From an uncultured delta proteobacterium (GTDB taxonomy: Bacteria; Desulfobacterota; Desulfomonilia; Desulfomonilales; Desulfomonilaceae), in NCBI GenBank assembly GCA_963789265.1, contig CAWBKB010000003.1, positions 608,001-672,000 of the forward strand: a stretch of 64,000 bases of DNA, given 5' to 3'. The translations under genes and the position numbers were made by a program. This document shows, one piece after another, positions 32,232-42,324 of this stretch. How positions within the stretch are numbered: position 1 is the stretch's first letter; each line of letters starts with the position of its first letter. The notes under the pieces were generated by a model. That model did not search any database, had not been told where the DNA came from, and was given only the letters and a program-made list of their open reading frames with translations.

Positions 32232-32304
32232 AGATTGCTTCGCTGCGCTCGCAATGACCGGTAGTGGGAATGTCATTGCGAGGAGTGAAACGACGAAGCA
32301 ATCT
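32232..32304. repeat. REP-like doublet (AGATTGCTTCG...CTCGCAATGAC / GTCATTGCGAG...CGAAGCAATCT)
   Basis: Inverted pair of the same family as 4948-5088. Confidence 0.8.
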
Positions 32305-32344
32305 CTACCGTGAAAATCCGCGACCGTACTTACGAAAACCAGTA

Positions 32345-32423
32345 CTAAGCTTGACGTCAGGCTGTGAATTCGCATCGCTGAGGCGAGCATGTCCTCAAGA
32401 GAGACCTTATAATCCCGTGGCAT
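32345..32423 (-). pseudogene. Truncated HEPN/DUF86 (HepT-like) toxin, N-terminal about 25 codons only
   Basis: MPRDYKVSLEDMLASAMRI overlaps the MNT stop, as in MNT-HEPN pairs. Similarity stops just before a REP element and no RxxxxH motif follows. Confidence 0.6.
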
Positions 32424-32701
32424 AAATGGTCCCCTCAAAGATATTTTTGCGCAGTCTGGGTTTGACGGCATCGGCTATTACTAGGTCTACACGGTGCCCG
32501 AACAGGTCTTCAAGGAAGAATTTCAGGTCCATATAATTGTCGAAGGTTTTTTTTCCCAAAGTCTACGAGAAAGTCCATATCGCTGTTTTCTGTCTGATCA
32601 CCGCGCGCGTACGACCCGAAGATACCTAGACGCCGCACACCGAAGCCGCGTATGGCTTCGCGATTCTCTTCCAATTTCGTTAGGATTTCGTCACGGTTCA
32701 T
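32407..32701 (-). CDS. Minimal nucleotidyltransferase (MntA-like antitoxin), frameshift in an A8 run
   Basis: FGSYARGD...SDMDFLVDF, then after removing one A: KKTFDNYMDLKFFLEDLFGHRVDLV...KPRLR. Confidence 0.85.
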
Positions 32702-32858
32702 TGGAGTAACACCATATTCTTCATCGAGTACCGCCAGATAGCTTTGACCGAGTCCCCCCCGGGCAAGCCAACTTTCCAGGATCGGGCAACATTATTTCCT
32801 GCGAGGGACGTAACGGGCGTTAGTTGCGTCGGGCATGGCACAAGATGTAAAGATGCCG

Positions 32859-32967
32859 GTAGGATGCTGGTGAGTCCCGCGGCACGCGGAACGAACCGCA
32901 TCGTTCGCGGTTTTTTCTCGATTGATGCGGTTCTCCCGCGCAGAACGCGGGCTCACCAGCATCCTAC
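32859..32967. repeat. REPIN/MITE-like 109-bp palindromic element
   Basis: Perfect 16-bp terminal inverted repeat GTAGGATGCTGGTGAG/CTCACCAGCATCCTAC plus internal GAACCGCATC/GATGCGGTTC. Confidence 0.8.
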
Positions 32968-33000
32968 GATGATACCGACTCCGGTCCTCTAGCGGCAGCG

Positions 33001-33063
33001 ACCACCGGATTCATCCGGGGGAGCGAAAATGCCGCCGAAGCCACCGCCTTCAGGCGGTGGAGC
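33001..33063. mobile_element. Possible IS200/IS605 end remnant (two hairpins, no transposase)
   Basis: CCACCGGATTCATCCGGGGG and GAAGCCACCGCCTTCAGGCGGTGGAG resemble IS200/IS605 subterminal hairpins. Confidence 0.4.
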
Positions 33064-33091
33064 CTTCGCTCAAGCGCGTGAGGCCGCTTCT

Positions 33092-34162
33092 TTATTCAAG
33101 TATCTCTTCCGAGCACTGTACTGCAAAAGCGCTTTTGTCGATGGCTTTCCAATATGCTTCTTCGGGACGTATGCGTTTCTGATCCACCAATTGTTGCAGA
33201 GCCTGATCCATAGTCTGCATTCCTTCGGATGTGCCGGTTTGGATGATAGAGGAGATTTGTGTCAGCCTTCCTTCTCTTATCAAGTTCGCTACCGCCGGGC
33301 TGCTGATGAGGATCTCCACCGCGGCACATCTGCCTTTGCCGTCAGAGGTCTTCACAAGTTGTTGGGCCAGAACCCCCTTTAAAGATTCACTCAGCATGCT
33401 TCGGATCTGATTTTGCTGGCCGGCGGGAAACGCGTTGATTATGCGGTCGATGCTCTTTACGGCAGAATTCGTATGGAGTGTACCGAAGACAAGTATCCCC
33501 AGTTCTGCACATGTCAACGCGTTCGAAATGGTCTCCAGATCCCTCATTTCTCCAACCAGGATAATATCAGGGTCTTCTCGTGATGCGACTTTGAGAGCGT
33601 CCGCGAAGCTTTTGGCGTGAGCCCCGATCTCTCGTTGAGTGATTAGAGATTTCCTATTTCGGTGAACGAATTCTACCGGGTCCTCTATCGTGATGATATG
33701 CTGTTCGGAGTTGCGGTTGATATGGTCGATTATAGCGGCAAGTGTGGTGGACTTGCCTGAACCTGTAGGACCGGTAACGAGTACCAGCCCCTTTCGAATT
33801 GCCAGGATGTTTTGGACTCCCACAGGCATCCCGAGTTTGTCGAGAGGTTGTATGTCGGTGGGAATCTGTCGGAATACAGCGGAAATCCCTCTCAACTGAT
33901 AGAAATAGTTGCACCTGAAGCGCGCCAGTCCCTCTATCTCGTAAGCGATGTCCAATTCTCTGGTGGTTTGCAATCTCTTTTGCTGTTCCGCGCTCATCAT
34001 TTCAAAGAAGAGCTGTTCGTTCACTTTGTGAGAAAGCTGTTTGCGTTTGGTAGGAACCAAATCACCTTTGAGGCGAATCATCGGTGGGAGGCCCGGTGCC
34101 ATGTGGAGATCCGACGCTCCCGCATTCACCATCTCCGTGAGCAAAGCGTCTATTTCAGCCAT
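33092..34162 (-). CDS. pilT: Type IV pilus retraction ATPase PilT
   Basis: ASDLH, GPTGSGKST, TIEDPVE, EDPDIILVGEMRD, GTLHT, AVANLIRE, GMQTMD. Confidence 0.92.
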   Translation of the reverse strand: MAEIDALLTEMVNAGASDLHMAPGLPPMIRLKGDLVPTKRKQLSHKVNEQLFFEMMSAEQQKRLQTTRELDIAYEIEGLARFRCNYFYQLRGISAVFRQIPTDIQPLDKLGMPVGVQNILAIRKGLVLVTGPTGSGKSTTLAAIIDHINRNSEQHIITIEDPVEFVHRNRKSLITQREIGAHAKSFADALKVASREDPDIILVGEMRDLETISNALTCAELGILVFGTLHTNSAVKSIDRIINAFPAGQQNQIRSMLSESLKGVLAQQLVKTSDGKGRCAAVEILISSPAVANLIREGRLTQISSIIQTGTSEGMQTMDQALQQLVDQKRIRPEEAYWKAIDKSAFAVQCSEEILE

Positions 34163-34266
34163 GAAAGCCAACTTTCTTGAAAGAGAAAGCCCATCTTGGT
34201 CCTCTGCCTCCCAAGGCCTGTGCGCACCGCGGGAACAACTCTTCTGGAGGATCATACGGTTCCCAA

Positions 34267-35310
34267 TCAACTGAACCGTTTCTTGTTTTCTGCATGATCC
34301 TGCGCCGTCTGAGCAGTGATGCGACCGGCATGCATAAGCTGTATTATTGAGTCGTCCATGGCTTGCATCCCTTGAGCCCGGCCGGTTTGCATTATTGAGG
34401 GTAATTGATAGGTCTTTTCCGATCGGATCAAATTGGCCACGGGAACTGTGGCTACAAGGATCTCGGCAGCCAGGACCTGCCCCTTGTCGTCCGATGCAGG
34501 TAGGAGCTTCTGAGTTATGACCGCCCGAAGGCCTTCCGCCAGAAGAGTGCGAATCTGGTTTTGTTCGTCCGACGGAAAAGAATCGATCAACCTGTCAACG
34601 GTCTTGGGACCGGAAGAGGTCGCCAAGGTCCCCATAACCAGATGCCCGGTCTCACTAGCTGTGACAGCGAGTCTTACGGAATCGAGGTCTCGCAACTCTC
34701 CAACCATGATTACATCAGGATCCTCTCTGAGGGCGGCTCGGAGCGCGTTTGAAAACGATCGGGTGTGTAAGCCGACCTGACGTTGGTTCACAAGGCCTAT
34801 CTTGACGGGGTGCACGAACTCAATGGGGTCTTCTATGGTTAAGACATGGAGGGGGCGGGTCGAGTTTATAAGGTCAATCATGGAAGCCAATGTTGTAGAC
34901 TTGCCCTGACCGGTGGCCCCGGTCACCAGAATTAGCCCCTGATGAAAGTCGCAGAACTTCCTGACCACCGGCGGCAGGCCGAGTTCCTCCAATGTCGGTA
35001 TCGTGAGGGGTATGACACGAAAGTTGGCATCCAGTCCTTTTCTCTGAAGAATGACATTTCCCCTGAACCTGGCAAGACCTTCTATTTGATAACTGAAGTC
35101 CAGTTGAAGATTCTCCTCCAGGACCTGGCGCTGTTTGGGCGACAGAATCTCATAGATGAGACTCCTGGAAGACTCAGGACTGAGCTCCTTGGAATCGCCC
35201 TTCTTCAGCCGTCCGAACTGCCGAATTACATAAGGCATCCCGGTAGCCACGTGAAGGTCGGATGCCTTGGCCTGGACTGCCACCTTGAGCACCGGATCTA
35301 TGCGAGCCAT
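34267..35310 (-). CDS. pilT: Type IV pilus retraction ATPase PilT/PilU paralogue
   Basis: ASDLH, GATGQGKST, TIEDPIE, EDPDVIMVGELRD, PVANLIRS. The His-box reads GTLAT instead of GTLHT. Confidence 0.88.
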   Translation of the reverse strand: MARIDPVLKVAVQAKASDLHVATGMPYVIRQFGRLKKGDSKELSPESSRSLIYEILSPKQRQVLEENLQLDFSYQIEGLARFRGNVILQRKGLDANFRVIPLTIPTLEELGLPPVVRKFCDFHQGLILVTGATGQGKSTTLASMIDLINSTRPLHVLTIEDPIEFVHPVKIGLVNQRQVGLHTRSFSNALRAALREDPDVIMVGELRDLDSVRLAVTASETGHLVMGTLATSSGPKTVDRLIDSFPSDEQNQIRTLLAEGLRAVITQKLLPASDDKGQVLAAEILVATVPVANLIRSEKTYQLPSIMQTGRAQGMQAMDDSIIQLMHAGRITAQTAQDHAENKKRFS

Positions 35311-35370
35311 TTGAGCAGTCCCTCTATGAAAACTGAGTTCTCTGTTTCATGAATTCGGTGCCAATTGCAC

Positions 35371-35467
35371 GGTAGCGCCGGCGTCCCTGCCGGCGTTTCG
35401 CGAACAACCGGCACGGAAGCCGGTCCTACTGTCCCGCGAACGTGGGACCGTGTACGCGGGAATGACG
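35371..35467. repeat. REP-like doublet plus GTCATTCCCGCG-family half
   Basis: GGTAGCGCCGGCGTCCCTGCCGGC...ACCGGCACGGAAGCCGGTCCTAC followed by CGCGGGAATGAC. Confidence 0.6.
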
Positions 35468-35523
35468 GCCATGGTACCAGAATGCGTCACCGTATTTGGG
35501 AAATCGAGTAGGGCCACTCATGC

Positions 35524-36063
35524 CTAATAGTCTCCGAATATGATCGACCGAATAAAGTTCCGTAGTCTACGCAATTGTTCCTGGGAGATTTCCGTAATGC
35601 GGAATCCGGCAATCGGGACCTCATCGGGGTCTTCCGTACGTCTCCAGCGGCATTCAGCAGCAAACACGATTTCGCCGACGTCCTTCATTCTTCTCGGCGT
35701 AACTGCAAAGACTTTGTACTCGCCGACGTGTGCTTGAATTCCCCTCGTCTGCATACCCTTTTCAGTGATGTTGACGACCCAGCCTTTGCTCTCCGGTCGG
35801 ACCGATTCATGAACAGGCACCAGGAAAGCCAGCCGGTATCGGGGCAACTTGCGCCTAATTTCGGCATCGATCATGTCATCGCTCAATACCGGCCGACGAT
35901 AAAGCTCAACCAGACTAAGAACGTTGGTCTCGATCAGATGCTTGAAAACAGCTTTCAACTCGCCTGCGGAAAGCTGATACTTCTCCATCAGTTCCGAGTC
36001 GATCATTTGAGCATGGATATCTTCTACCATCTCTTTCAGGTTGATTCGTTGCTCGGTGTTCAT
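35524..36063 (-). CDS. PilZ-domain protein with N-terminal helical domain
   Basis: LMEKYQLS N-domain, RKLPR, NITEKG, AECRW...GFRI. Paralogue of 904..1446. Confidence 0.75.
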   Translation of the reverse strand: MNTEQRINLKEMVEDIHAQMIDSELMEKYQLSAGELKAVFKHLIETNVLSLVELYRRPVLSDDMIDAEIRRKLPRYRLAFLVPVHESVRPESKGWVVNITEKGMQTRGIQAHVGEYKVFAVTPRRMKDVGEIVFAAECRWRRTEDPDEVPIAGFRITEISQEQLRRLRNFIRSIIFGDY

Positions 36064-36228
36064 GATGGCTTTCACCCGGCTAAACGTAACCCCGAATCTA
36101 AACCAACACACACGAGGCTTTCTGTCAAGGGAAACACCCAGTTGAATGCATGAGGCCAAATACAATGCGAGCCGATCGGTCGTAATTCGTGCAACTCCCA
36201 CCTCGACGCCTTAAACGAAAGGTCTTTG

Positions 36229-36245
36229 CTTTACAGTGTGTAAAG
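36229..36245. promoter_or_regulatory. Palindromic operator / putative enhancer-binding-protein site
   Basis: CTTTACA-N3-TGTAAAG about 85 nt upstream of a sigma54 promoter. Confidence 0.45.
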
Positions 36246-36328
36246 AAACTCGTCGGCCTCAGTCTGTCTCTACAGGCCCAGCTTTCTTGCCACACAGCAA
36301 TCGACGGCCCAAAAGCCGTTCCCCTTCA

Positions 36329-36344
36329 TGGCATGATAGTTGCT
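36329..36344 (+). promoter_or_regulatory. sigma54 (-24/-12) promoter
   Basis: TGGCATGATAGTTGCT with exact GG-N10-GC spacing. Confidence 0.7.
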
Positions 36345-36421
36345 CTGGTTGTAGTGCGGCTCTTATGGCTGCAACTTGTCGCAATATTCGTGGCTGCACA
36401 TTGAAATGTGAGGAGGGTGAA

Positions 36422-36637
36422 GTGGAAAAGTGCTGGGAAATCAAAGGATGTCAAGAAAAGGCTACATGTCGGGCTTTCCCGCATTTTGGCCGCTCGTGCT
36501 GGTTGATCAAAGGGAAACTGCATTTGCTCTTCGGGGGCAATGATGATGCAACTGATGAGCTTCAATGTGATTCCTGTGAAGTTTATCAGTGGCAGATTGC
36601 CCTGTCCACTGAGAGGATTTCAAAGCGAGCGCGGTGA
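36422..36637 (+). CDS. Small two-CW-type Cys-rich protein (71 aa)
   Basis: GAGGAG RBS, GTG start; KCWEIKGC...C...GRSCW...CDSCEVY pattern. Confidence 0.7.
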   Translation: MEKCWEIKGCQEKATCRAFPHFGRSCWLIKGKLHLLFGGNDDATDELQCDSCEVYQWQIALSTERISKRAR

Positions 36638-36879
36638 CACATTTCGGGCTATGGTGGGAGAGGCATCCGAGACGGCTTCATACGCCTATCCCACCTCGGC
36701 CATTTTGCATTCTCGGTTCGAATAAAGCCATCCTATCTTTCTCGTGTCTATTTTTCCGGAAGTTTCTTCCCCTTTGTACAAGTGTTTCGTATACAATATA
36801 ACGGAGTCTACAGGCTCGGCCGGAGCATGTTCAGTGTCAGGGGGCTGTGCAAACGGAGTGCCTCTGAACGGGATCAATC

Positions 36880-38091
36880 ATGATTGATTACCCATCCCAT
36901 CTTCACTGGATCGACGGCGAGGAACGCCGAATGATCGACCTTCTTACCCGGTGGGCAGATGTCAATTCCGGCACACGCAACCTTGAGGGACTCCATGAGA
37001 TGCTGATTCTTCTTGAGAAAGAGTTCAAGGCGCTCGGCGGCCAAATTGAAAGACTCGAACTTGAGCCCCAACAATTGGAGCATTCTCCCGACAGTGCTGT
37101 GCGGGCACCTCTGGGCAAAGCTCTTCTGATTCGCAAGCGCCCCACCGCCAATTTGCATTGCTTACTGTGTTGCCACATGGACACGGTTTACTCGGAGGAC
37201 CATCCCTTTCAAAAGAGCGCTCGAATCGGGGACGATATTCTCCAGGGACCTGGGGTTACCGATGCCAAGGGCGGCATTGTAGTGATGCTCACGGCCCTCG
37301 CAGCATTTGAGCGATGCTCTTGGGCAGAGAAAGTGGGCTGGGAAATTCTCATCAATCCTGATGAAGAGATAGGCTCACCAGGTTCCGCGCCACTGTTACT
37401 CCAGGCTGCTCGGAGAAATCATCTCGGGCTGATATTCGAGCCTTCGTTTCCGGATGGAGACCTCGTAGGCGCACGCAAAGGCTCCGGCAATTTCACGGCG
37501 TTTGCGAGGGGCAGGGCCGCTCATGCAGGACGGGAGCCTCAGCTAGGAAGAAATGCTATTGACGCGTTGGCACGGTTCATTGTGGGTTTGACGTCGCCGG
37601 CCGATTCAGGTGGTGCGATAACCACGAACGTAGGCTATGTCCACGGAGGGGGACCTTTAAACGTGGTTCCTGATCTCGCTTTATGCCGCTTTAATGTGCG
37701 TGTGAATACGCGGGACGACCAAAGACTCTTTGAAGAGGGCCTTAACCGCCTTGAAGACGAAATTAACCGTATGGACGGCATTTCAATCGAAGTTCGTGGC
37801 GGTTTTGCAAGGCCGCCTAAGCCCTTGGATACCGGGACAATCAAGCTCTTGCAGCACGTTGCCGAGTGCGGCCGAGACCTGGGTTTTTCTCTGAATTGGC
37901 GGCCGACCGGCGGTGCATGTGACGGCAACAATTTGGCAGCCGCGGGACTCACAACAATTGACAGCCTCGGAGTCACAGGAGGCAATATACACAGCCCCGA
38001 GGAGTATGTTCTGGTCCACAGTCTGGCAGAACGAGCGAAGCTGACGGCCCTGTTGCTAATGAAACTGGCGGCAGGAGAGATAAAGATATAG
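36880..38091 (+). CDS. M20 family metallo-hydrolase (candidate succinylglutamate desuccinylase)
   Basis: HMDTV, DAKGG, DEEIGS, HAG, GGACDG, IHSPEE; first gene of the ast cluster. Confidence 0.85.
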   Translation: MIDYPSHLHWIDGEERRMIDLLTRWADVNSGTRNLEGLHEMLILLEKEFKALGGQIERLELEPQQLEHSPDSAVRAPLGKALLIRKRPTANLHCLLCCHMDTVYSEDHPFQKSARIGDDILQGPGVTDAKGGIVVMLTALAAFERCSWAEKVGWEILINPDEEIGSPGSAPLLLQAARRNHLGLIFEPSFPDGDLVGARKGSGNFTAFARGRAAHAGREPQLGRNAIDALARFIVGLTSPADSGGAITTNVGYVHGGGPLNVVPDLALCRFNVRVNTRDDQRLFEEGLNRLEDEINRMDGISIEVRGGFARPPKPLDTGTIKLLQHVAECGRDLGFSLNWRPTGGACDGNNLAAAGLTTIDSLGVTGGNIHSPEEYVLVHSLAERAKLTALLLMKLAAGEIKI

Positions 38092-38313
38092 TGCTGAATC
38101 TGTAGGACTTGCAGTGCCCCGGGGTCGAACCTGAAAGTCAAATCTTTGTCCTGTAATACGGTGGGCAAAGACGATGCAACGCCGCGCGAACTATTTTGCA
38201 ATCTTTAAAGGCATGGCCTGTGTGGCCCGGGGTAATTGTTGCCAAACATGAACGTGTGGTCTTGTTCCGGATGCCAAGAGCACGAGGCTTGACATGAAAC
38301 TGGTTCCCCGAAA

Positions 38314-39708
38314 ATGACAAAAACCATCGCAGCTAATCTGGCCTCGGACCCACGAATTGCGCAGGCGAAGAAACTCTTGCTGGATACTATTGCCGACCAC
38401 CAGCGAAAGATCACGGGAGTCCGCGCGCCCAACGCTGAATTCAAACAGTCTTATGACGAATTGATGGCCGAATTCAGAAATGTCCGAGGAGCGCCGCTAT
38501 TCTATCCGTATATCGGGAGCGGCATTGGAAGAGGCCCGTTTGTAGAATTGGCCGATGGCAGCATTAAGTACGACTTTATTTCCGGCATAGGTGTGCATCA
38601 TTGGGGCCATAGCCATCCGTCCGTGATAGAAGCCTCACTGGATGCGGCTCTGCAAGACACCGTGATGCAAGGCAATCTTCAGCAAAACGCAGAGGCCGCC
38701 GAAGTGGCCCGCCTGTTGCTGGACGGTGCGAATCGTATGGGCGCACTCTTTAGGCATTGTTTCCTCTCCACAAGTGGGGCCATGGCGAACGAAAACGCGC
38801 TAAAAATTATTTTCCAGAAAAAAAGCCCTGCAAACAGGATCCTGGCATTTGATGGTTGTTTTGCGGGGAGAACCCTCGCGATGCTTCAAATGACGGACAA
38901 TCCCCTCTATAGGGCCGGGTTGCCCTCGGTCCTGTCTGTGGATTATGTTCCGTTTTTCGATCCGTCTGAGCCCACCGAGAGCATCAAGAGATCGTGCCAA
39001 CATCTGGAAAGCCATCTCGCGCGTTATCCCGGCAAGCACGCGGCCATGATTTTCGAATTGGTCCTCGGAGAAGGCGGGTTTTACGCGGGGAGCAGAGATT
39101 TCTTTGCTGCTTTGATGCGCATCCTGAAGCAACACAATATCGCCGTCCTGACAGACGAAATCCAGACTTTCAGCCGTACGCCGGAACTATTTGCCTTTCA
39201 GCACTTTGGACTGGACGACCTGGTGGATGTTGTCACTGTGGGCAAATCCGCTCAGGTCTGTGCGACGCTTTTCCGGGAAGACTATAACCCGAAGCCGGGC
39301 CTCTTGAGCCAGACCTTCATCTCGAGCACTTCGTCTCTGTTTGCAGCCAAGGTCATTATTCGAGGCTTACTGGAAGGCGGCTATTGGGGCCCATCCGGAA
39401 AGATCGTTCGCTTGCACGAACATTTTCAAAAGGATCTGGAAGCCATAGCCCGGCGGCACCCGGGGCTTATCAACGGTCCGTACGGGATCGGGGCTATGAT
39501 AGCCTTCACCCCGTTTGACGGTGATCCCGAAAAGGTCAAACGATTTATTCACGCGCTTTTCCATGCCGGAGTAATAGGCTTCTATACCGGTCATAACCCG
39601 ACCAGGGTTCGTTTTCTTATACCGGTGGGTGCTGTAACTTTCGAGGACATTGACGCGGTGGCTCAGATCCTTGAGGAAACTCTGTTACGTGAGCTTGGAT
39701 CTACTTGA
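38314..39708 (+). CDS. astC: Class-III PLP aminotransferase (succinylornithine transaminase by context)
   Basis: HHWGH, SGAMANENALK, FAGRT, ELVLGEGG, DEIQT, GK (PLP lysine); adjacent to astADB. Confidence 0.75.
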   Translation: MTKTIAANLASDPRIAQAKKLLLDTIADHQRKITGVRAPNAEFKQSYDELMAEFRNVRGAPLFYPYIGSGIGRGPFVELADGSIKYDFISGIGVHHWGHSHPSVIEASLDAALQDTVMQGNLQQNAEAAEVARLLLDGANRMGALFRHCFLSTSGAMANENALKIIFQKKSPANRILAFDGCFAGRTLAMLQMTDNPLYRAGLPSVLSVDYVPFFDPSEPTESIKRSCQHLESHLARYPGKHAAMIFELVLGEGGFYAGSRDFFAALMRILKQHNIAVLTDEIQTFSRTPELFAFQHFGLDDLVDVVTVGKSAQVCATLFREDYNPKPGLLSQTFISSTSSLFAAKVIIRGLLEGGYWGPSGKIVRLHEHFQKDLEAIARRHPGLINGPYGIGAMIAFTPFDGDPEKVKRFIHALFHAGVIGFYTGHNPTRVRFLIPVGAVTFEDIDAVAQILEETLLRELGST

Positions 39709-39730
39709 ACGGGTGCTTGGGAGGCCTGAT

Positions 39731-40775
39731 ATGGTTGTGGTTCGCCCGGTAAAGTTGGAAGATCTGGATCGACTCGTAGAGTTGGCTCATATTGCCAGCT
39801 TCGGTCTAACCTCCCTCCCCAGAGATAGAGATCTCTTGCATAAGAGAATCGTTCAATCGCTTCGGAGCTTTTCGGAAGCGACAGACAAGCCTTCCGGGGA
39901 GCTGTTCCTCTTCGTCCTGGAAGACATCGATGTGGGGGTAGTAGTCGGCACAAGCTGTATAGTTTCCAAGGTGGGCGGCTTTGAGCCTTTTTACGCGTAC
40001 AAAATCCAAACTGCCGTGCACAGGTCGGAGACGTTGAAGCTCAACAAGGAGATTCAGACTCTGCATCTAGTTGCCGAACACAGTGGGCCAACCGAAATAG
40101 GGGGCCTCTTTGTTGTGCCCGAGGACCGCAAGCATGGAAATGGGCGACTGCTCTCGTTATTCCGCTTCCTATTCATGGCTGAACATCCCAAGCGCTTCGA
40201 GCCGTTGATTGTCGCTGAAATGCGCGGGGTGGTGGACGATCAGTGTCGTTCACCATTCTGGGAGGCATTGGGTCGCCATTTCTTCGAGATGGACTATTGC
40301 AAGGCCGATCTCCTGAGCGTCATGGAGAAGAAGTTTATCGCGGGATCTGATGCCCACCAGTCCCATATATGTTCCTCTGCTTCCTAAATCGGCACAGGAA
40401 GTAATAGGAAAAGTTCACGAGCACACACAGCCCGCTCTCAAGCTGCTGGAGGACGAAGGATTCAGATTCAGCGGAATGGTCGACATCTTCGAGGCCGGAC
40501 CTCTCATCCATTGCCGGCTGGCTGACATTCGCATAGTCAAGGAAAGCCATAATTCCCGCGTCGATGAGATCGTCTCGGAAGGCATCGATTCGGTGAATTT
40601 CATCATTGCCCGGACCGGCCATGACTTCAGGGCATGCATGGGGCCTGTGCGCTACAGCCCCTCGGGGGGGATCTGTTTGGCACGTAAGGCGGTCGAAGCC
40701 CTCCATTTGAAACTTGGTGACAGGGTCCGTGTGTCCCCTCTGAGCCCTTCGACCACTGCACCGGAGAATGACTGA
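39731..40775 (+). CDS. astA: Arginine N-succinyltransferase (frameshift near 40343)
   Basis: VVRPV, GLTSLP, PFYAY, AEMRG, SPFWEALGRHFF, FIA|DLMP..PIYV, DIFEAGP. Confidence 0.92.
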
Positions 40776-42247
40776 CATGGAGAGAAAGACCCATTTCATC
40801 GACAATAAGTGGATAGAAGGCAAGGGCGAGAACTTCTCGTCTCTCAATGCTGCGACAGATGAAGTTACTTGGGAGGGCAACGCGGCAAGCGATCAAGAAG
40901 TGATCGACGCGGTAAACGCTGCGGTGTCAGCATTTGAAGCGTGGGCGGACATGACTGTAGAGGATCGAATCCGATACCTGGAGGCATTTCGAAAAGAGGT
41001 TCAATCCAGCAAAGCGGAACTGGCAGAGATCATTTGCATGGAGACCGGCAAGCCGCGTCTGGGAGGCACTTACCGAAGTTAACGCAATAGTTGGCAAGAT
41101 AGAACTATCCGTTGCGGCCTATCAGGAGCGGTGCGCCACGGTAAAGATCGACGTTTCGGGTGTGCCCGCGGCCACTCGTTTTAAGCCGCAGGGTGTCGTA
41201 GCGGTTTTTGGCCCGTTTAACCTCCCCGGCCATCTCCCCAACGGCCACATTGTTCCGGCCCTTCTCGCGGGGAACACGGTTGTCTTCAAACCGAGCGAAC
41301 AGGCCCCCCTTGTCGGTCAAATAATGCAGGAGATTTGGGAGGCCGCAGGGCTCCCCAAAGGTGTGCTGAACATGGTGCAGGGCGGACGAAAGACCGGCAT
41401 GAGTCTCGCCGCGAATAGCAAACTCAACGGTCTTTTCTTCACAGGGAGCGCCGAGGCCGGCAAAGCTTTGCACAGCCTCTGCGGCGGCCGACCGGAGAAG
41501 ATACTAGCGCTGGAAATGGGGGGTAACAATCCGCTGGTGGTCTACGGTGCGGCGGATCATAACGCATCAGCCTACTTGACCATTCAGTCCGCGTTTATCA
41601 CCGCGGGCCAAAGGTGCTCTTGCGCGTGTCGGCTGATCGTGGAGGATGGAACGAGGGGCAGGCGGTTTGTCGATACTCTTATCGCCATGATGGGCAGCAT
41701 CAGAATTGGACCGTATACCGATAGGCCCGAGCCTTTCATGGGGCCGGTGATTTCCGGCCGCGCCGCCGAGAGTCTTCTGGCAGCACAGGCCAGTCTGGGG
41801 AAAAATGGCGGGGAGCCCCTGGTGGAAATGAAAAGACTAGGTTCGGGCGGAAACTTTCTGTCACCCGGACTGATGGACGTGACCAACGTATCAAACCGTC
41901 CGGATGTGGAACTATTTGGTCCGTTCCTTCAACTTATTAGAGTTTCCGACTTCGATGCCGCGGTCCGAGAGGCCGGCAACACCTCTTACGGGCTAGTGGC
42001 CGGGCTGCTAAGTGACGACAGGGACTTGTACGATCGTTTCTACCGAAAGATTCGTGCAGGAGTAGTTAACTGGAATCGGCAGACAACCGGGGCGAGCAGT
42101 AGAATGCCGTTCGGAGGAGTGGGCGCCAGCGGTAACCATCGTCCGAGCGGCTATTATGCGTCGGACTACTGCTCCTATCCGGTGGCCACCATAGAATCGG
42201 AGCGGCTGGAGCTACCTTCTCAGCCCTTGCCGGGGATTGAATTGTAA
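40768..42247 (+). CDS. astD: Succinylglutamate-semialdehyde dehydrogenase (frameshift near 41058)
   Basis: ETGKP.WE, FGPFNLPGHLPNGHIVPALLAGN, LALEMGGNNP, GQRCSCA, SGNHRPS. Confidence 0.93.
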
Positions 42248-42324
42248 GCCTTCAAAGGACCGGCAAATCGAGGCCTGGAAGCAGATCGCAATTTTCCCGC
42301 ATTCAGGTCGCGGGTCGATAATTT

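Noticed and set aside
35345..35365. sigma54 promoter upstream of pilT (TGGCACCGAATTCAT)
   Set aside because: The -24 box matches, but the -12 GC is absent.
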